Source of the DNA: Prasinococcaceae sp. CCMP 1430
Taxonomy: Eukaryota > Plantae > Prasinodermophyta
Direction of reading: 5' to 3'
DNA length: 60,820 nt
NCBI GenBank assembly: GCA_013416795.1
Contig: RQSC01000026.1
Coordinates: forward strand, 601,607-662,426
Below are positions 10,666-21,580 of this stretch, in pieces (position 1 is the first letter of the stretch; every line of letters starts with the position of its first letter). A program made the position numbers and the translations under genes. Under the pieces are notes generated by a model. The model saw only the letters and a program-made list of their open reading frames with translations, had not been told where the DNA came from and did no database searches.

Positions 10666-12147
10666 TCATTTGGTGCCGACAATCTCGCCACCTTCGACGA
10701 TGAGCCCCAGCACCTTCTTGGCCTTCTTGCCAGCCTTGCCGCACGAGCCTAGCAGTTCGTCGAGCGCATCGACGTCGGCGACCGCCGCCTTGTCGCCGGC
10801 AGCCTCCAGCGCGGCGTCGCGCAGTGCGCTAAACTCGAGGCGGTCACCCTCAGCCCTGCCACCCACGAGGGTCTTGACGACCTTCTTCCACTTGACCGGC
10901 TTGCGCTGCTTCTTTCGGACCGGCTCGCCGTCCCCGCCGTCCTCGCCGCCATCCGCTCCATCGGCGCCGAAGGTTTTCTTGCTGCCTTCAAAGCCCGCCA
11001 CGCCCTTCAGCTTGCCAGTGCCGCGGCTGAAGCCCTTACCCACTCCAAGGCCCACTCGCTTGCCCAGCCGGGCGTCGGCCTCTTCCACGGCGCGTGTGGC
11101 GAGCGCCACCTGATCATCTTCATTAAAACCGCGCTTGCGGCCGCCCTCATTACCCTCCTCGCCACTGTCGCCGCCATCCACCCCCTTCGACTGGCCCTGG
11201 CGGATGAACTCGCCAAACCACCACGCGTCAGCGTCCCCCTCCTGCGGTCGCTGTGCGAGAGCCTGCATGGTGCGCGCGGCGTCCGCCACCTCCTCTTTGC
11301 GCCGCTCCTCGGCGGCTTCCTCCTCGAGGCGCTCTGCGCTCTTCGCTGGTGGCGCGGCCGGTCGCGCGCGCTTGGCGGCCGGCTGCGCACCCTCGCCGTC
11401 CGAGCTGTCGCTGCTGCCGGAGGCGTCATTTGTGAGCGGCGAGTTGGGCGACGGCGGCGAACCAGCCTCGCCCCCCTTGGCAGCGCCGCCCTCTGCCGCG
11501 GGCCCGCCCGGGAACGCGTCCGCGCCGGGCACGCCGCCGAGAATGGCGGTCAGATCAACGCTCGAGTAGCCGCGGATATTCTTGTTTGCCTTGCGTCGCG
11601 CGTAGCGCGTAGTGTGCGTGCCGCGCGCCTCGGCCTTCTTCTTCGCCTTCTCGGCCGCTCGCGCCGCCTTGGCATCGGCACGCGCCTGCTTGCGCTCCGC
11701 GCGCTCCGCGCGGCGCGCCTCCTTGGCAGCGCGCTTCGCCAGCTTCTTCTTCGAGAGCTTCTTGCCATCCTTCCCCACCTTGGCGGCCTCATTCAACCCC
11801 TCCGCCTGCGCGCCTGGGCCTGGATGCTGCTGCTGCTTGGCCGCGTACTTGGCGGCGAGATTCTGGAGGATCTTGTTGTATGCGGTGGCGCTCGCCGTCC
11901 AGTTGGCGTCCGTCCACTGCGAGCCCGACGTCACGCCGATGCCTGCCACGTCGCACTTCTTGGTCACGCGAACGTGCGACGCGATGCCCTGCGCATCCTT
12001 GCCGAGACCCTCGCCCTCCTTCCACCCGGTGCGCACGAGCATGCGGTAGCCGAAGTCGTCTTTCTTGAGCCCCTGGTAGAGCTCCTCGTGGCGCGCCAGC
12101 GCATCGCCCGCGCCGCGGGCGCCGCCAACCACCTTCTCGGCGTCCAT
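10666..12147 (-). CDS. G-patch domain protein, PINX1/Pxr1/GPATCH4-like
   Basis: DFGYRMLVRTGWKEGEGLGKDAQGI..HVRV.KK.D..GIG, then YNKILQNL, Lys-rich tracts, and a C-terminal VKWKKVVKTLV module. Confidence 0.85.
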   Translation of the reverse strand: MDAEKVVGGARGAGDALARHEELYQGLKKDDFGYRMLVRTGWKEGEGLGKDAQGIASHVRVTKKCDVAGIGVTSGSQWTDANWTASATAYNKILQNLAAKYAAKQQQHPGPGAQAEGLNEAAKVGKDGKKLSKKKLAKRAAKEARRAERAERKQARADAKAARAAEKAKKKAEARGTHTTRYARRKANKNIRGYSSVDLTAILGGVPGADAFPGGPAAEGGAAKGGEAGSPPSPNSPLTNDASGSSDSSDGEGAQPAAKRARPAAPPAKSAERLEEEAAEERRKEEVADAARTMQALAQRPQEGDADAWWFGEFIRQGQSKGVDGGDSGEEGNEGGRKRGFNEDDQVALATRAVEEADARLGKRVGLGVGKGFSRGTGKLKGVAGFEGSKKTFGADGADGGEDGGDGEPVRKKQRKPVKWKKVVKTLVGGRAEGDRLEFSALRDAALEAAGDKAAVADVDALDELLGSCGKAGKKAKKVLGLIVEGGEIVGTK

Positions 12148-12489
12148 GGCGCCGGCCACAGCGCCGCCTGCGCGCGCCGCACGAGGGCGCTCAGGCCCGC
12201 CACGCCCTTGTCGACGCCCTCGTCGCCGTCCGCCGCGCCGTTGGCGTCGCTGCTCTCGGCGTTGCTCTCGTCGTCCTGGTCGAGCTCGAACTGCAGGTAC
12301 TCGGCGGCGGCGAGCAGCTGCAGCAGCGCGCCGCGGCGCACCGCCTCCGCGACGGCGTCGTACTTGTAGCAGTGCAGCACGCACAGGAAGACGCCCACGC
12401 GCCCGCCGGGCACGTCGGCGGGGAGGCTCACCTCGTTGCTCTCGCCCTCCGCCCAGCGCTGCGTGGCGCGCACCGCGCGAGTGTCAGAC

Positions 12490-12549
<60 letters not shown>

Positions 12550-12951
12550 ACGTGTGTGCACGCGCGCGCGCGCGCGTGTGTGTGTGTTCTTGCGACGCAC
12601 CTGTCCGCCCCGTTCGTTGCCGTCGCCGAAGGCGGCCTTGAAGTACGCGCTGCCGCCGGCGAGCGCGAGCTGCAGCTTGTGCAGCGGCCACGCGTCGCGC
12701 GCGTACAGCGCGTCGAGCGCGGCGACGTCGTCGGCGTCGAGGTCGAGGCTGTTGAGGCCGTTGATGTCGAGGCTGAGGTCGTCGCCCGCGTCCGCGGCGC
12801 GGGCGGGGAGGGGCCACTGGCCGGCGAGCGCCGCCGCGGTGAGCGCGCTCGTGCTGCCACAGCTGGGACGGTGGGCTCCCCCGCGCCTGTGCGCCAAGGC
12901 ACCGCCCGACGCGCCGCCGGCGCGGCGCCGCGCGCGCGCGCGCGCAGCCAT
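11964..12951 (-). CDS. BTB/POZ domain protein, 2 exons (intron 12459-12600); both ends uncertain
   Basis: Spliced product WPLHKLQLALAGGSAYFKAAFGDG..GGQ|RWAEGESNEVSLPADV...VFLCVLHCY...LLQLLAAAEYLQFE follows the BTB consensus. GTGCGT donor and CAG acceptor join in phase 0. Confidence 0.75.
12492..12546. repeat. (GT/AC)n microsatellite inside the BTB intron
   Basis: About 27 perfect dinucleotide units. Confidence 0.95.
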
Positions 12952-14419
12952 GCACCCGTCGCTGGTGAAGTATGTGGCGACGATGATCGCCAGCGTGCCC
13001 GTGTCGTACGGCCAGCGGCTCATGCCGACGACGGCCGCGCGCCACGCGCACGCGTTCCTGTCGGGCGCAGCCATGTGCGCGATCGCGTACGGTACGGGCT
13101 CGCAGATGCTGGTGCTGCCCATCGTTTGGACGTACGCGATGCTCGTGGCGCTGCCGCGCGCGCATGTAGGCATCATTTCGATGGTGATCAACATGTCGTA
13201 CCTCGTTTTCTGCCACACCTTCACCGGCTCGGCCGAGGCGTGGCGCGAGGGCGCGATCGACGCGACAGGCTCGCTCATGGTGATCACGCTCAAGCTCATC
13301 GCGTGCTGCTACACCTACCAGGACGGCGGCGCCGACGAGTCGAAGCTGCTCAAGTCGCAGAAGGAGTTCAGACAAGATCAGTTGCCCTCGGTGCTCGAGT
13401 ACCTTGGCTTCTGCTTCTGCAACGGCGCCGTGCTCTCGGGGCCGACCATCGAGATGAAGAAGTACCTTGACTTCAGCGCGCATCGTGGCGTGTGGTCGAA
13501 GCCGCTGCCGCCGTGCGCGTGGGCGCTGCTGCGCACGTGCCTGGGCTTCGCAGCCTGCGGTGCCTTCCACACTTTCATGTCGATGCACTTCGTGTGTGAC
13601 ATCGAGAGCGAGGGCCACCTCGCCAGGACGTGGTGGCAGAGAATTGGGTGGTACTATCTAGTTGGTGTGGGCGTTCGCTTCAAGTTCTACTTCGTGTGGC
13701 TCATAGCCGAGGCGGTGCGTGCGCGCGCCCGCGCGAGTCGCTGCGAGTGCGATGCGCGTCGACCCTCTCGCGTGCTTGCGCGGTTCGTGGGACCCGCCAG
13801 CTGACGGCGCGACTGGGTGACGTGTGGCTCCCAACGCCCGCATCGCGCGCAGGCCACCATCGCGAGCGGCATCGGATACGAGGGCACGGATGAGAAGACG
13901 GGCGAGGTTTCCTGGGGTGGCGGCCGCAACGTGCGGCTCCTCAAGATCGAGTTCGCCGAGTCCGCGCGCGACGTGACCTCCTACTGGAACATGAACACGG
14001 CCGACTGGCTGAGGCACTATGTGTACGAGCGTCTGGCGGCGCCGGGTGCGAAACCCGCGTGGTGGGCGACTTACGTCACCATGCTGGTCTCCGCACTGTG
14101 GCATGGGACGCACGCCGGCTACGCACTCTTCTTCGCCAGCGCGGGCCTCTACTCGCAGTCGGGGAAGGTGCGCTTCAACTGGCTCAAGTACACCTCTCCG
14201 GGCTCTGTGGTCAACCGCGTGGCGCGCCTCCTCTGCACGATCTTCGCGCAGCTGGAGCTCAATTACGTCGCGATGCCCTTCCTGCTGCTCACGTGGGACG
14301 CCTCGCTGCAGTTGTGGAGGGACGGCGCGTGGTTCGGCCACATCGTGTGGACTGTCACCGTGCTGCTTGGCTTTGTCTTCCCCGGCCCGAAGAAGAAGGG
14401 CGCCAAGAAGACCAACTGA
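12950..14419 (+). CDS. MBOAT lysophospholipid acyltransferase (LPCAT/LPLAT-like), intron 13715-13852
   Basis: DATGSLMVITLKL, RFKFYFVWLIAEA, WNMNTADWLRHYVYER, SALWHG (catalytic His), and a KKTN ER-retrieval-like end. A short upstream exon may be missing. Confidence 0.92.
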
Positions 14420-14683
14420 GCGATGCACGTTGCCGAATGGCTTTCATGTGCACGGCGGCGCGAGGGTGCGAACGCGCTCCTGTGCCAACCGCTGGTCCAG
14501 GCGCGCTGTCGAAGGGCACGATCGTTCGAAGCGGCTGCTTCACGTGAGTATCCACCTCAATCCCTGCAGCAATGGCCCACTTGACAGGAGTATTTTTGTG
14601 AGCACAACCCGCGCGCGCGCGAGCGTGTATATCACTCGATCACGTGGGCACCCTGATTAAACGCGCGCGCGCGCGCCGTCGCC

Positions 14684-14714
<31 letters not shown>

Positions 14715-14739
14715 TGAGTTGTTACAGGGTGAAGTCCGT

Positions 14740-15482
14740 TCAGCTGAAGCTCGGCTGGTCGACATCGAAAGGCTACACGAATGTGATCAGCGAAGGAGCA
14801 TTCCAGGCGCACAGGGAAGACAGTGTCAGCCCCTCACCAACGCATGCGCGCGCGCGTTTGGGCTCGCGCGCTCATTAGCGGCGCGCGCGGCCTCGAGCGT
14901 CAATCCATGCGGGGCTGGGCGGGCAGAGGGCGACACGCACCGAGTCCTTGGACTTGAAAAGGATGACGTGCGCGATTCCGATCTGCATGTGGATGAACGC
15001 GCGCGTCTCGTGCGACACGCTCGCCGCGAACGACGTGCCCACGATGGCGTGAAACACGCCGTCGCTCTTGCCTGGTGTGGTGTCCACCGGGTACTTCTTA
15101 TCCATCTCCTGAAGAACCACGTATGCGAGGACCGGGGGCCGCGAATGGCGTCGTCAGCGTCACCCGCATGAGGTAACTATAAGGCGCGCATTGGCTCACA
15201 AGCTGTCCGGTGCGAGCCCAGCAACGCCAGGGCGGTGCTGTCAGCGTCGCGCGAGCGCAAGCGCGCAGGGATGCGCACCTTCTTGATGTATGCCGCAGCC
15301 TCGCGCCACGCGCCTTGGTGGCGGCGGATCGCCTCGGTGGAGATCTCAGTGGCAACGTTGGTCATGTCGGTCGGCGTGTCCGCGCGGTGCATCTTGACGG
15401 TTGGCCCCGACGGCGCCGAAGCCTCGGCCTCACCCTCGGCGTCGGGCGCTGTGGTGGGGTCATTCTCGCCACCGCTGCCCAT
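14740..15482 (-). CDS. Dynein light chain type 1 family protein (LC8/DNAL4-like), introns 15109-15278 and 14773-14940
   Basis: Spliced product reads ...EAAAYIKK|EMDKKYP...GVFHAIVGTSFAASVSHETRAFIHMQIGIAHVILFKSKDS|PFDVDQPSFS*. Confidence 0.85.
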
Positions 15483-16445
15483 GACTGCTGCGACTGTGGC
15501 CACGCGCGCAGACGCGCACGCGAGCACCTCCGCGCGCCCACCGCACTGGCCCGCTACAGCGCGCGACGGCGCGCGCTCGCCCACGCACGCACGCGCCGCA
15601 GGCGCGTTGTGCGGCGTGCGCGCGGGAGGGGGGGGGGGGGCGGGGGGGCGCGTGTGGCGCGCAGGCGCACGCTCGCCAGGCGGCCTTCCGGGGAGTGGAA
15701 AGGAAGGGGGCACCAAGCGCCCCTCTGCGACCGGCGGGCTCGCCCGCCGCAACGCCGCCCGCTCGTCCGCCCGCCCGCCTGCCGCCGCCCCTCCCTCCTT
15801 CGCCCACTCCGCCCAGTCTCTTCCCAGCGCCGCGCCACAACGAGCGCAGCGCGGGGCCAGGGGGAACGCGCCGACACCCCGGGTTCGTCCCGCGTCGATC
15901 CGCGATGGTGCGCCAGCACACACCCTATATGACGCGTTTAGACCGGGGGGCTCGGTCGAGGTGTACACCATCCTCCATCAGCTGCGCTCGTTCCCAAACC
16001 GGCGCGCAACGAGCGAGAGCGCGGCCGCCAGCCGGAGGATTGGTGCGTGGGTGGGGGTCGGGGGACGCGAGCCAGTCCGGCCGGTGCGCTCGGGTGCGCC
16101 CGGCCGGCGTTGGCGCTAGCTAGCTAGAGCGCGCGGGGGCGAGCGCGCACGCCGTGGCAAGAAGTGGGTCGTTTGTGAGGATCGCGTGCGCCGGGTGCGC
16201 GCGGGCACGGGCGCCAGGGTGGCGGCCGAGGATTCGGGCCACCCCTCCGCACCCCACCCCCCACACACACAGACGGGAGTACGCGCCGCAGGGGGAACGG
16301 ACGGAGGCGCGGTGGCGCGGCGGCTAGGCCGCGCACGCCGCGCCGCGCCGCGCGGCGTCCTGCGCGAGCGCGCACGCGCAGGAGGAGCCAGCCGAGCCAG
16401 AGCGCCCCCCCCCCGCGCGCGCGCGGCCCACGGCGCGCGCGCGCC

Positions 16446-18210
16446 ATGGCTTCCGGTGGCGATGTGGTGGCCGCGATGCCGCTGCGCCCGCCCCTATCGG
16501 TGTATGACATCAATAGAGCGCACCCGGTCGGGTCGGGCTCAGAGCCGGACAGCAGCATGGCAAGCGCGGAAGAGGAAGAGGAGGTCGAGTTGAGCAGCGG
16601 CGGCAAAGGAGGGGTAGACACGAACGGCGTGCACCTCGACGTGGTCTCGCTGGCGCCTGGTCGCAGCGGCAGCAGGGGGGGGGCAACAACCAGCGAGCGT
16701 GTCACGGCGGAACTCCATGACGGGCGGAGCTCGCACGGGCATACCCACGGGGCGCGCAGGCTCGGCTGCGCCCGCGCGGGCCGCAGCCAAAGCCAGTGGC
16801 GGGGAGGAGGGCGGCGAAGCGGGGGCGCCGCCTCTCGCGAAGCAAGGCAGATCCGTCGGCGCAGCCCTCTGGGCTCGTGCGCGGGCCAAGGTCGGTTTCG
16901 GGGACGGAGCCGGGTCCGCGGCCGTGGGCATGAGCCTGACGTCAATGGCGAACCGCTGGAAAGCCACGTCGCAGGAGCGCATGGAACGGCGCAAGCGCGT
17001 GCTCGAGAAGGCGCCTGCCGAGAGGGATATCGAGGATCTCTACATGCTAGAGGAGCTGCTGCTGCGCGTCAAGTCTATCTCGAAGTTGCCAGTTGAGAAG
17101 CGCCTCGAGGTGTGCCGCGTGATGACCTACGAGAAGGTGCTGCCGAACACAGCAGTCTGTCGCCAGGGTGAATTTGGCTCCACCTTTTACATCGTGCTCT
17201 CCGGCACGCTGCGCGTGACCGTCACGAATGAGCTTTCGGGCGACGAGGTCAACGTCACTAAGCTCTTCGCAGGCGACAGCTTCGGCGAGTTGGCGCTCAT
17301 GGTGGGGTCGAACCGGCGCAGCGCGACGGTCACCACGCATGACACGTGCCAGCTGCTGAAGGTGGACAAGAAGGACTACGACTTCATCCTGAAGAGGGTC
17401 AAGGCGGAGGAGCTCAACGAGACGGTTTCCTTTCTTAAGGACATCCCCATCTTCCACAAGACGTCGCGCTCGTCGCTGCATCGCCTCGCTTACGTGCTGA
17501 GGAGCCGCACGTTCGCGCCGGGTAGCGTTATTGCCAGACAGGGCACCGAGGCGGAGGAGATGTTCTTTGTCAAGAGCGGCGAATGCAGGGTGCTGATGAC
17601 CATGGACGTGCCACAAGGCTTCGCGCTCGGCGAGGCCCCCAAGTCTGGCCAGCGGAGGCGCGTGCGAGCGGGGGCGCCAGCGCGCCACTCGACGGGGACG
17701 CACGGCACAGGGCCGAACACCCGGAGGGGTAGTGCGAGAGGCAGCGCGGGCGGTGGTGGCAGCGGGCGGCTGCCTCAGGTCCGCCACTCAGACCCCGGAT
17801 ATGACGGCGGCGGAGGCAGCGGGTTGGAGGGCGTGGCGACGGCCGACAGCGTGGAGGCGGGCGGCACCGCTGGCGGCAGCGCGAGCAGCGAGAGGGTATT
17901 CGTCGAGGTGGGCTGGTTGAGGCAGCGCGACTTCTTTGGGGAGATTGGCGTGGTTCGGAAGTCCATGCGACGCGCATCCGTCGTAGCGTGTACGACGGTA
18001 GAGGTGCTCGTGCTCTCCAGGTGGGACTTTAATAGACGCATCGACGGCGAGGCCATGAGCGCCATTCATCGCTCGGTGCAGTCGTACACCTCGACCGACA
18101 ATCTGCGCAAGCAGTTCGTGGAGACGTGCCGCTGGGAGGCGTACAAGAAAGATCTCGTGGACTCGATCATCGCCACGAAGAACAAGCGCAAGGACGGCAA
18201 CTCGCGTTAG
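16446..18210 (+). CDS. Protein with two cyclic-nucleotide-binding domains (CNBD2-like); apparent frameshift at the G-run near 16676-16683
   Basis: CRQGEFGSTFYIVLSG..GDSFGELAL..RRSATV and RQGTEAEEMFFVKSG..DFFGEIG..RRASV lie in frame 16699-18210. The N-terminal part (ATG 16446) is in a different frame. Confidence 0.82.
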
Positions 18211-18473
18211 CGAGCACGCGCGCGGCGCGCGCGCCAGGGCCACGTGTACTCTACTGTACTACTACGCGGCACGTGCACGTGTTTCGCCCTTACCCCGTCC
18301 AGGGCGCGCTTGGCGCGCGCGCGCGCGCGCTCGCTGTGAAAGTTTTCTGTGGGCCGCGCCAGCACACGCGTCGTTCGCTGTGCGCCATAGTGCGCGCCCC
18401 ACCCGGCGAGCGGCAGCCACGTGGACGAGCGGAAAGGGGGGAGGGGGAGGGAAAGAGCTGTGGGTGCGCGCGC

Positions 18474-19430
18474 ATGGGCGAGAGGGAGAGGCATCAAAAG
18501 GCCGTCGTGGACCTCACCGCGGACGAGAGCGACGGGGAGGGCGCACGCGCAGTGCCGTCAGCTGCGAGGCCCGGCGGGAGTGCGCAGCGTAAACCGGACC
18601 GGCGTGCCGATGTGGTGCTCATAGACAGCGACGATGACGCGGTGGATGCGGATGGGGGGAGGGGGAAGGGCAGACGGGATGGTGGAGCGGCGGGGGGTGC
18701 TGGTACGGGAAATGCCGACGACGACTGCGAGGTGGTGGCCGCGCCTGTCCCGTCGAAGCGCGCGCGGACGCAGCAGCAGCGCCCTTGGAACTCGCTGCCG
18801 TCGTGGGCTGGGATGCAGGGCCCGCGACGGCTCGCAGCCGAGTTTCGCGCTCTCATGGCAGAGATTGACGCGGGCAACGGCGGCGCGATGTGTGGCCCCG
18901 CCAGGCTCCGCTGCCTCGAATACCTGAACGATAACATGCGCGTGTGGCGCCTGGCCCTGGCCGATTTCGACGGCGACACAGCGGAGGGCGCGCAGCTCAA
19001 CGCCGACTTGCGAGCGTTCGCACAGCAGCACCCGCGGCGCGCCGAGCACGGAGCCGCCGTGACCTTGGAGCTCCGCTTCCCCGAGGACTACCCGAACGCG
19101 CCATTCTTCCTACGGCTGGTTCGCCCGCGCATGCAAATGTACACAGGCCATGTGACAGCTGGGGGGGCAATATGCATCCAGGCACTCACGCAGGGAAGCG
19201 CGCCCGCGTGCTGGAAGCAGTCCTTCAGCGTGTCTGGCGTGCTCGCAACTGTGGCAACCAACATGATTGACCCCGAGCGCGTGATGGTGAGAACGCGCAC
19301 CGGGCCAGGCGGACTCTCTGGACCAGCGCGTGTGGATGTGCCGCGCGCTGCAATCGACTACTCTGACCACGAGGCGCGTGAGGCGTTTCGACGCATGGAA
19401 GCCCACCACCGTGAGAATGGGTGGGGCTAG
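18474..19430 (+). CDS. Ubiquitin-conjugating enzyme E2, UBE2Q-like, with N-terminal SIM-like motifs
   Basis: RRLAAEFR, DNMRVWRL, LELRFPEDYPNAPFFLRLVRPR, GHVTAGGAICIQAL (Cys at 19173-19175), and EAREAFRRMEAHHRENGW. Confidence 0.87.
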   Translation: MGERERHQKAVVDLTADESDGEGARAVPSAARPGGSAQRKPDRRADVVLIDSDDDAVDADGGRGKGRRDGGAAGGAGTGNADDDCEVVAAPVPSKRARTQQQRPWNSLPSWAGMQGPRRLAAEFRALMAEIDAGNGGAMCGPARLRCLEYLNDNMRVWRLALADFDGDTAEGAQLNADLRAFAQQHPRRAEHGAAVTLELRFPEDYPNAPFFLRLVRPRMQMYTGHVTAGGAICIQALTQGSAPACWKQSFSVSGVLATVATNMIDPERVMVRTRTGPGGLSGPARVDVPRAAIDYSDHEAREAFRRMEAHHRENGWG

Positions 19431-19628
19431 CGAGGGGATAGGCGGCCACACCCCACGATTTTTGAATATGATGTTGCAAACGATGAAACTGACTCGCGGG
19501 GCCGGCGGCCCGGCTGTCTATGTACGACGTCAGCGGTCCTGTCCGCCTCTGAGTGCGTGCCCGACGATCCAGATGCCGCGTTCACAGCGCAAGTCACACT
19601 GCCGCGCCCTCGCCTCCCCCTCATGCTC

Positions 19629-21080
19629 TCACGCATCGGTCATCGGGGTCTTCTTGATCCACTTAATGGCTGTCCACTTGGTACCTGCGACGACGTCGCA
19701 GCCAGCGTGCAGGCCGCGCCCGTCCGAGGTGCCATCGGCATTCGTCGAATGGAACATGACGGCCGTGCCCTTCCGAGGCTTCACGGATACTCCGCTCCGC
19801 TTTTCGCCAGCGCAGTCACACTGCGACTCTGGGCTCCCTTCCGCCGCCTCCTCGCCGCTAGCATCAAGTGCGATGCCCTGCGGGAACCACGTTTCGCCGC
19901 CCTCGAGGCCACCGTCCTCTGGATCCTGCAAATGTATCACGACAGTCACGGCGAGCGGGTCGTGGTGCTGCTTGTTTATGCCGCCCTTGTGATACTGTAT
20001 CATCAGGAAATTCTCCTGGTGCTCGATAGGCAGGCGCGATAGGCGGGCGATGCGATGCTCGACCGCTTGAACGACTGGGTCCTTCCTAAGCCAGCCGTGG
20101 AGCGTCGTCTTGTCTCCGACCAGGTTGTGCCCAGGGCCTTCTGTGTACACCATAGCAGGGCGCGCCAGAGCGATGAAGTGATCGCACTCCTCGTCGCTCA
20201 TAAAGTTGGGGACGACGAATATCCGCGGCTTCCAGCTCACGACGTGTATCGCAGGCTCGGGCGCTAGCGCGACTCCAGTCCGTGCTGTGGGCCGATATTG
20301 CGCGCCCCACAGCGCCAGTTGCACGTCGCGTGGCGCGACGGTGGGCATGCCGGCGCGCAGCGCGGCCTGGACGCCGCTGTCCGCGAGAGCGGTGATGTTA
20401 TCACGCCATCCACACGTGACGGGGCAGCGGTGATACATGTCAGAGGCTTGCGTCGAGCACTCCCCCGCTGCTGCCCTCTCTGAGCAAACTTTCTTGTTGC
20501 CATCGACGCACGCTTCCTCCAGCGCACCGGGCACGCGGTGGGGCGGTTCACCCGATGCAGCGGACGTCACCGGTACCATGTACTGCGGCGCGATTTCCGC
20601 TGGCGAGCCTGAAGCGGTAGCACTGGCAAGCTCCCCAACTGCGACCATAGTCGGTGAAAGTGGCGTCGAAGCTCTCGCCTCGCCCGCCAAGGCATCACCG
20701 TTTGCTCCCCGGGCGGCTGCCGCCGACTCGGTTGCGACGCGCCCTTCATTCGTGTGCTTATCGCCCTCAGCGGGGGCCTGCCTGTCGAGCGCCGCACGCA
20801 ATACGGCAACCTCCGCCTGCAGGCCGCGGAGCTGTGCGAGCTCTGAATTTCGCAAGCTCTCTGCGTCGGTGCCGCCGCCTTTGTCCGCGTCCGTGACCTC
20901 CGTTGCCATAAAGAAAGGCTCGTTCATGTCTTCGATGTGCCCGTCCAAATGTCGCCTCGTGCCGACGCCCACACCCACTCGAAACGATACCGTGCTGGCG
21001 AGCATGACCAGTGCGGCAGCCACCGCGAAAGCTATAAAGACGGGTGGCGGGCTGGCCGCGCGCCCATGTGGACTGTACAT
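19629..21080 (-). CDS. Prolyl 4-hydroxylase (type II membrane) with ShKT domain
   Basis: N-terminal TM anchor; VSWKPRIFVVPNFMSDEECDHFI, HHD, GGETWFP, VKPRKGTAVMF, LHAGCDVVAGTKWTAIKWI; ShKT-like CVD..C.ERAAAGEC..CPVTC. Confidence 0.9.
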   Translation of the reverse strand: MYSPHGRAASPPPVFIAFAVAAALVMLASTVSFRVGVGVGTRRHLDGHIEDMNEPFFMATEVTDADKGGGTDAESLRNSELAQLRGLQAEVAVLRAALDRQAPAEGDKHTNEGRVATESAAAARGANGDALAGEARASTPLSPTMVAVGELASATASGSPAEIAPQYMVPVTSAASGEPPHRVPGALEEACVDGNKKVCSERAAAGECSTQASDMYHRCPVTCGWRDNITALADSGVQAALRAGMPTVAPRDVQLALWGAQYRPTARTGVALAPEPAIHVVSWKPRIFVVPNFMSDEECDHFIALARPAMVYTEGPGHNLVGDKTTLHGWLRKDPVVQAVEHRIARLSRLPIEHQENFLMIQYHKGGINKQHHDPLAVTVVIHLQDPEDGGLEGGETWFPQGIALDASGEEAAEGSPESQCDCAGEKRSGVSVKPRKGTAVMFHSTNADGTSDGRGLHAGCDVVAGTKWTAIKWIKKTPMTDA

Positions 21081-21580
21081 TTTTGGTCCCCTGCTTCCTG
21101 ATGCTCGTGGACGAGCCGCTCGCGCACGCGGTACGCAACGCGATCCTCTCGCCAGCGCCCTCCTCGCCCCTTCCTTGCCCGGGGCCGGGGGGGGGGGAAG
21201 TCGCGGCGCCCGCCGCGCGGGCGCGCTTGCGTCCCAGCTGGGTGTCGCGGCGCGGGCACGTGGACGCCCGTCCCCCCCCCGCAGGCCGTGCTGCGCGCGC
21301 TGTGGCGCCCGCAGCGCCGCGCTGACGACTGACGCTCGGGCTTCCTAAGGACGGTTCCTACTGTCAACATCCGCGCGTAAAATTAACCCTGCCCCAACTA
21401 AACCCATACTTCAAACCCAAATCCACTTCGCGGTCGTTGGTTGATGCATAGTGACTACTGTACGTACATGCGGCGGCCGCCGCGGGGAGCGCCATAGTGC
21501 CCGCCGCAGGCGTGAGCGCCCAGCCCCCATCCCCCCCCTTGCCCGGCGGGCGGCCCCAGCCGAGGTCTTGTGCGGGCGCC

